Source: Geopsychrobacteraceae bacterium
GTDB lineage: Bacteria > Desulfobacterota > Desulfuromonadia > Desulfuromonadales > Geopsychrobacteraceae
Direction of reading: 5' to 3'
Assembly: GCA_963662315.1 (NCBI GenBank)
Contig: OY759353.1
Location: 3,328,001 to 3,392,000, forward strand
Length of the DNA stretch: 64,000 nt
Each line of letters begins with the position of its first letter. Position 1 is the first letter of the stretch. Below the pieces are notes generated by a model that saw only the letters and a list, made by a program, of their open reading frames with translations, had not been told where the DNA came from and did not search any database. Position numbers and translations under genes: made by a program. This document shows, piece by piece, positions 60,201-64,000 of this stretch.

Positions 60201-60310
60201 TATTGGATATTCCCATTTTTGCACAGGCCGATCTCAGTTGTGAACAATACCGGGCAGCCGATCATTGTGCCGGTAAACTATGCCCACTTATGCCGGGGAA
60301 AAAGAACTGA
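57272..60310 (+). CDS. Multidomain radical SAM - ArsM-like methyltransferase - DUF5714-like Cys-rich protein
   Basis: CNMRCRHC; SYGCGSP, DLGSGTG, ISNCVINL, GECIGGA; C-terminal CxxC clusters, HGPHHH, RCCQR. Confidence 0.85.
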   Translation: MSITNYQPLTFADTTIFVDPLKPDWFVASPRANELICSYQQHIRKPLKPAEQFAFERLLDRFPTRPCAPLAGRAEVKELTELKECWFHITNRCNMRCRHCLFASGEGDTSELPFDKLLAAVDQAHELGCRIFYFTGGEPLIYPRFTEICAHILDDPACHIVILTNGRALATIKDWLTTQDLSRLHFQISIDGMQQNHEDLRGPGSFGELEATLKSLASMQIATTLSMSINSNNVHEMTQVTEFAAAHGVATLHFMWLFLKGKAQEPLFASPDTIFTAACQAYERAEQLGLSIDNFDIMKTQVFNFPGIRMDLGNSCWESLTVGPNGKVYPSPATVYEDKLCCGHIDEGLENTWRNSTMAKQIRSLSVVDCLALNDDPLRFLIGGGDIDHSYIYSGNFVGEDPYLPLYRQLALYLISREAKTSGTSDTIGLLARMGERIEECDESGSEVCFTHSNCVLSLADRDGRTSVRSFYSEAAEEVNEDIVNPVHYDTELIDHIPESARVRSYGCGSPVMDCGLEAGETLVDLGSGTGVECFIAGRQAGRNGRAYGIDMSDTMLSRARSAAAQVAENLGYANVEFKKGFLEDIPLADEECDVVISNCVINLSIDKRQTFREIFRILKPGGRIFISDIIKNTDIPLHIQINEKLRGECIGGAMHERDLFGILDDFGFRDIRVVKRFLYREVKGYPFYSLTYQAFKPGPKKQTSMIYRGPFAAVITDDGHIVQRGQTCSVSLSAKLKLGDDVMALDDKGQVTNLEQEMSCCCLPDMGLTDSTKPEIKGAHKSGCMVCGKPLKILIEPRVLSCQYCGKEERVESCCEDDHYVCDHCHIHAAADMIKQVCLSTKEKDVINIFKELRANPDFPTHGPHHHPMVPGILLAAYRNNGGNISDEQIITGISRGALIPGASCSFFGVDGAAQGVGIAFSVILGATPFDGNLRQTVQKTVIRVADRIAAMPFARCCQRECWTALREAEVISRELLDIPIFAQADLSCEQYRAADHCAGKLCPLMPGKKN

Positions 60311-60311
60311 C

Positions 60312-61145
60312 ATGAACCTTCTGGGGCTTCCTAGCAACAAATGGTCAACCCTTGACCAAGCGTGGCGCAACCTGCTGTTCAGCCTGGCCGCACTCCTCCT
60401 GGTACTACTGTTATGGGAAGCGCTGGCCCTGCTGATCACCTGGCTACGCGGGGTTATCTTCCCGACTCCATTTGCCACCCTGACTAAACTGTGGCGCATG
60501 TTGCTCGGTAAACCATTCCTTGATTATTCCATCTATACCCACACCTTTGACAGCCTGCAGCGCTGGATCGGGGGCTTTCTTATCGGTGGTGGGGCCGGCA
60601 TTGGTTTTGGTCTCGTCTGTGGGCGCTGGGCAACGGTTGAACGTTTAATCATGCCAACGGTCCAGATTTTGCAGTTGATACCGGGACTGGCCTGGATTCC
60701 GGTAGCCATTCTCATTTTTGGAATCGGTGATGGCGCGACCCTGTTTATGATTGCCGTTACCGCCTTTGCGCCGGTGGCCATCAATGTCGCCGGTGGCGTG
60801 AAACGGGTCGATGAAATGTATATTCGGGCCGCTCGCATGCTCGGCCTTAATAACCGCATGCTGTTTACCAACGTTCTGGTTCCGGGGGCGCTCCCCCATA
60901 TTTTGAGCGGACTGCGCATTGGCCTGGGAAACAGCTGGCGGGTGCTGGTTGCTGCTGAAATGATTGTCGGCAGCGGTACCGGACTTGGTTATGCCATTAT
61001 CCAATCGCGCTGGACCCTTGATTACGCCGGGGCGTTTGTCTGCATTGCCATTATCTGTTGTATCGGCCTGATCGTCGAGCGACTGATTTTTATGCCATTG
61101 GAGAGACGGACAATTGAACTTTGGGGTTTAAAAAGAGAGATGTGA
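60312..61145 (+). CDS. ABC transporter permease (SsuC/TauC-like)
   Basis: IP.LAWIP, AAR.LG and GLRIG....W..LVAAEM motifs. Confidence 0.92.
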   Translation: MNLLGLPSNKWSTLDQAWRNLLFSLAALLLVLLLWEALALLITWLRGVIFPTPFATLTKLWRMLLGKPFLDYSIYTHTFDSLQRWIGGFLIGGGAGIGFGLVCGRWATVERLIMPTVQILQLIPGLAWIPVAILIFGIGDGATLFMIAVTAFAPVAINVAGGVKRVDEMYIRAARMLGLNNRMLFTNVLVPGALPHILSGLRIGLGNSWRVLVAAEMIVGSGTGLGYAIIQSRWTLDYAGAFVCIAIICCIGLIVERLIFMPLERRTIELWGLKREM

Positions 61146-61147
61146 CT

Positions 61148-61936
61148 ATGTTGATCAAAGTTGCTAACGTTAGCAAAAGCTATCCTCAGCCACTTCTGGC
61201 CACGCCACCCAGCGCCATTGAAGATATTTCCTTCACTATCAGGGAAGGAGAGTTTGTTTGCATTCTTGGGCCTAGTGGCTGCGGCAAATCGACCCTGCTG
61301 AACCTGATTGCCGGTTTCATGACCCCTGATCTGGGAGTTATTGAGTTTGCAGGTCAAAAGGTGACCATTCCCGGCCCGGAAAGAGGGGTTGTGTTTCAGG
61401 ATGCCACTTTGTTCCCGTGGCTGAACGTCAGGCGCAATATCGAACTGGGTCTAAAAGCGACCGGCGTTGACAAAGGGCATCGGCAGCAGATGATCGATGA
61501 GGCCCTGGCCCTGGTTGATCTACATTGTTCCCAGCAATCCTACCCCCACCAACTGTCAGGGGGGATGAAGCAACGTGTCGCCCTGGCCCGCGTTCTGGCT
61601 CTGCAACCTCAACTGTTGCTGATGGATGAACCGTTCAGCGCTCTGGATGCCGAAACCCGGGAACGTCTACAAGATCAGCTGCTGAATATCTGTGCCCAGA
61701 AGCGCCAGACCGTTTTATTTGTGACCCATAGTGTCGAAGAGGCCGCCTACCTGGCTGATCGGGTGCTGATCATGGGCCCGCCGCCAGCAAGCCTGTTCAG
61801 CGTAGTCGAAATTCAGCGCAGTCAGCCTCGCACCCGCAGTGCCAAGGAACTGACCATGACGATACTGCGCCTGCGCACCCTGCTCAAAGAACTGGCGCGT
61901 AATATCCCCGAAGCGTATCAACAGGCGGCTGTTTAG
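61148..61936 (+). CDS. ABC transporter ATP-binding protein (SsuB/TauB-like)
   Basis: GPSGCGKST, LSGGMKQR, LLMDEPFSALD and VTH motifs. Confidence 0.95.
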   Translation: MLIKVANVSKSYPQPLLATPPSAIEDISFTIREGEFVCILGPSGCGKSTLLNLIAGFMTPDLGVIEFAGQKVTIPGPERGVVFQDATLFPWLNVRRNIELGLKATGVDKGHRQQMIDEALALVDLHCSQQSYPHQLSGGMKQRVALARVLALQPQLLLMDEPFSALDAETRERLQDQLLNICAQKRQTVLFVTHSVEEAAYLADRVLIMGPPPASLFSVVEIQRSQPRTRSAKELTMTILRLRTLLKELARNIPEAYQQAAV

Positions 61937-62036
61937 TCCCAAGATGCTCACGGCATTTTGGGATTTCGTAGGTGCAATTTAAGATCTCAAAATGCATATC
62001 GACTCAAACCGGCATGTATGTGTCAGCCATATGCCC

Positions 62037-62681
62037 CTACTCGAATTGTGAACGGAACTGAGCAAATTGCTCCTGCAACGATGCGAGCTGTTCTTTCAGT
62101 TCGACGACATCTTCCTCCAGCTGAGTGATCCGATCCTGACGACTGTTGCCAGCTCCAAATACTGGCTCAGATGTTTCCTCTGGTGTAAACACGCCACCTA
62201 GTAACTGACCGTAACGATGCTCTTTGCGCCCAGGCTGTCTGGGCAACTGAACCACCAGCGGCTCATCGCGTTCCTGCAGTCCTTCCAGAACTTTTTCTAC
62301 GGCAGAAAGATCCTCGAAAGCGCTCAAACGCTCGCTTCGGGTCCTCAATTCACCAACGGTCTGGGGGCCTCGCAGCAGCAAAATCGCAAGGAGTGCCTGC
62401 TCTTCTTCCGTGACTTTCAGCGCTCCAGGCAAATTATGGCAGTAGCGCACAGCCCGAACACCTTCGGAAGATTTGTAACTGAGTTGTTCATGGCGTAATT
62501 CTTCGAGAGCTGCGCTGACCTCTTCCTCGTCCAGAGTCATGACCGGCTCACGGTTTGATTTTTGATTACAGGCGTTTACCAGGGCATTTAAGGTCAACGG
62601 GTAATATTCCGGTGTCGCCATCTCTTTTTCGATCAGACAACCTAGTACCCGTAACGCAGCAGGGGATAATTCACACACCAT
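62037..62681 (-). CDS. DUF480 / YceH family protein
   Basis: RVLGCLIEK..TPEYYPLTLNAL..ACNQKSNREP and LLLRGPQT.GELR motifs. Confidence 0.93.
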   Translation of the reverse strand: MVCELSPAALRVLGCLIEKEMATPEYYPLTLNALVNACNQKSNREPVMTLDEEEVSAALEELRHEQLSYKSSEGVRAVRYCHNLPGALKVTEEEQALLAILLLRGPQTVGELRTRSERLSAFEDLSAVEKVLEGLQERDEPLVVQLPRQPGRKEHRYGQLLGGVFTPEETSEPVFGAGNSRQDRITQLEEDVVELKEQLASLQEQFAQFRSQFE

Positions 62682-62748
62682 AGAACCTCCATGGAACAGG
62701 GCAACTCTTGCCCGGAAACATTAACTCGTCACTGTTAGAACTTTGAAA

Positions 62749-63552
62749 TTAAGTATGAGCGATGAACATTTCATAGAGCGTCAGCAAAATCTCAAAAACA
62801 ATCAGGATGGTGATGTACCATTCCACCCGGAGGCTGCGCTTATTCTGGAGAATTCCCAGCAAAGTTTCAGCGGTACGGGAAATAAGATCGAGTTTCCGTT
62901 CCAGTACGTTATGTCGTTCACTGAGTTCATATTCATCGGTCAGACGCGTATAAAGGCGCTCATGCTCGGGGTAATACCAGAGCAGATCAGGTTTTTCAAT
63001 AATTTCAACCCGGCCGACCATGCGCCCCTGAATAAATAAGGCATCACCGATATGGCGCAACAGGTCTCGGCCTTTCGAGCCGGGGCGGCCAGATTGCTGC
63101 AGGGCTTCGGCAAGTGGCTCGATACTCTGAAAGGTTTTAGTGACACCTGTTTCATAACGTTCCAGGACGATACTTCTGGCCAGCACCTCGGCAACAAGCT
63201 GCAGGCGTTCAACACAGAAGTCATGCAGTAAAATGATCCCCTCCTCGATTTTCTCGTCCCCCTGAAAAATCGTCGAAAGAACCACTTCTTCGGCAGTGAA
63301 CTGATCAAACACATCGGCCGCATAAACTTTAAGGCTATCGAGCAGAGCGGTTTCTTCGATGGCTGTCAACCCGAAGGTCACCACCACCCCGTAGCGAAAC
63401 AGCGCCGCGCAGCCGCTGCTTCCGGCGGTCAGCAGTAAAGGTTTTTTGGCCAGATACTGGGCCTTTTCAAAATCTTTCAGCAGCAGACGTTCAGCAATAA
63501 ACAGAGCGCGTACCTGAATCTGCGTCTGGCCTGAAAACAACATGGCATCCAT
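62749..63552 (-). CDS. RMD1/DUF155 family protein
   Basis: FRYGVVV.F, LA.S..L..YE, PDLLW and L..R...L.RKL..RVEWYI motifs. Confidence 0.88.
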   Translation of the reverse strand: MDAMLFSGQTQIQVRALFIAERLLLKDFEKAQYLAKKPLLLTAGSSGCAALFRYGVVVTFGLTAIEETALLDSLKVYAADVFDQFTAEEVVLSTIFQGDEKIEEGIILLHDFCVERLQLVAEVLARSIVLERYETGVTKTFQSIEPLAEALQQSGRPGSKGRDLLRHIGDALFIQGRMVGRVEIIEKPDLLWYYPEHERLYTRLTDEYELSERHNVLERKLDLISRTAETLLGILQNKRSLRVEWYITILIVFEILLTLYEMFIAHT

Positions 63553-63784
63553 AGAAAAATCACCATTTAAAGGAAAGTAAAGAGGAATGTTGAACACAGC
63601 CAACCTGAGGCTTTGCTTATCGTAAAATCGGCTCTGCTAATTTTTCAGTATACACGACTGGCAAAATATTTAATCGAAATAACCTGCTCACTCTTGCCAA
63701 CACCGGGAATTCTGATTACAGTATTAGCTATTGATTACCGTTTCGGTAATATATAAAGCAAACACTTTTCACAGGAGTTGTCGT

Positions 63785-64000
63785 ATGAGTGAACTTTACA
63801 AATGCGGAACGTGTGGTGTTGTCTCTGAGGATAAGGGGCAGATCTGTGACGTTGAGGCCGTTATGCACAAAGATGAATATTGCAGCCAGAATGAAAGCTT
63901 TGACCAGATGTGCGATGATATACAGGATCAGGCTGATTATGTGTGCTCGTCCTGTGGACGGCCTTCGGACCAGGCATCGCTGCTCTGTTCGCCACGATTG
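63785..64000 (+). CDS. Small Cys-rich protein, runs off window end (not in ORF track)
   Basis: AGGAG RBS; MSELYKCGTCGVVSEDKGQIC...YVCSSCGRPSDQASLLCSP, a duplicated Y.CxxCG-x9-C unit. Confidence 0.75.
   Translation, partial: MSELYKCGTCGVVSEDKGQICDVEAVMHKDEYCSQNESFDQMCDDIQDQADYVCSSCGRPSDQASLLCSPRL

Overview
Bacterial chromosomal window, probably from a Desulfuromonadales-type anaerobe (inferred from gene content and an intergenic repeat type). In order: (1) the 3' part of a TonB2-like operon (DUF3450-ExbB-ExbB-ExbD-TonB-TPR). (2) A 44-aa Zn-ribbon mini-gene under a sigma54 promoter, bracketed by two MITE-like repeats. (3) ppc, then ankyrin, lipoprotein, transglutaminase, aldehyde dehydrogenase and AraC/LysE genes. 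(4) An AT-rich orphan T6SS-type module: DUF4150/PAAR, a 1.2-kaa MIX/VasX-like effector, and three tandem mosaic Sel1-repeat lipoproteins. (5) CBS-DUF294, mprF, a PAP2 phosphatase and a truncated ureG remnant. (6) A ~33-kb molybdenum/tungsten island. It holds Moco genes, a chemoreceptor, aromatic-acid and OFA-type MFS transporters, two Tat-less bis-MGD enzymes of the acetylene hydratase/catechol dehydroxylase clade, a Tes/MJ0619-like radical SAM enzyme and a sigma54 activator. Its divergent operon ends in a DUF2064 protein, an ABC transporter and a radical SAM-ArsM-DUF5714 fusion. Six clear -24/-12 promoters, each with a similar upstream palindrome, suggest one dispersed sigma54 regulon. No tRNA, rRNA, CRISPR array or transposase was seen. 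All family calls come from motif recognition by eye; no database searches were run.
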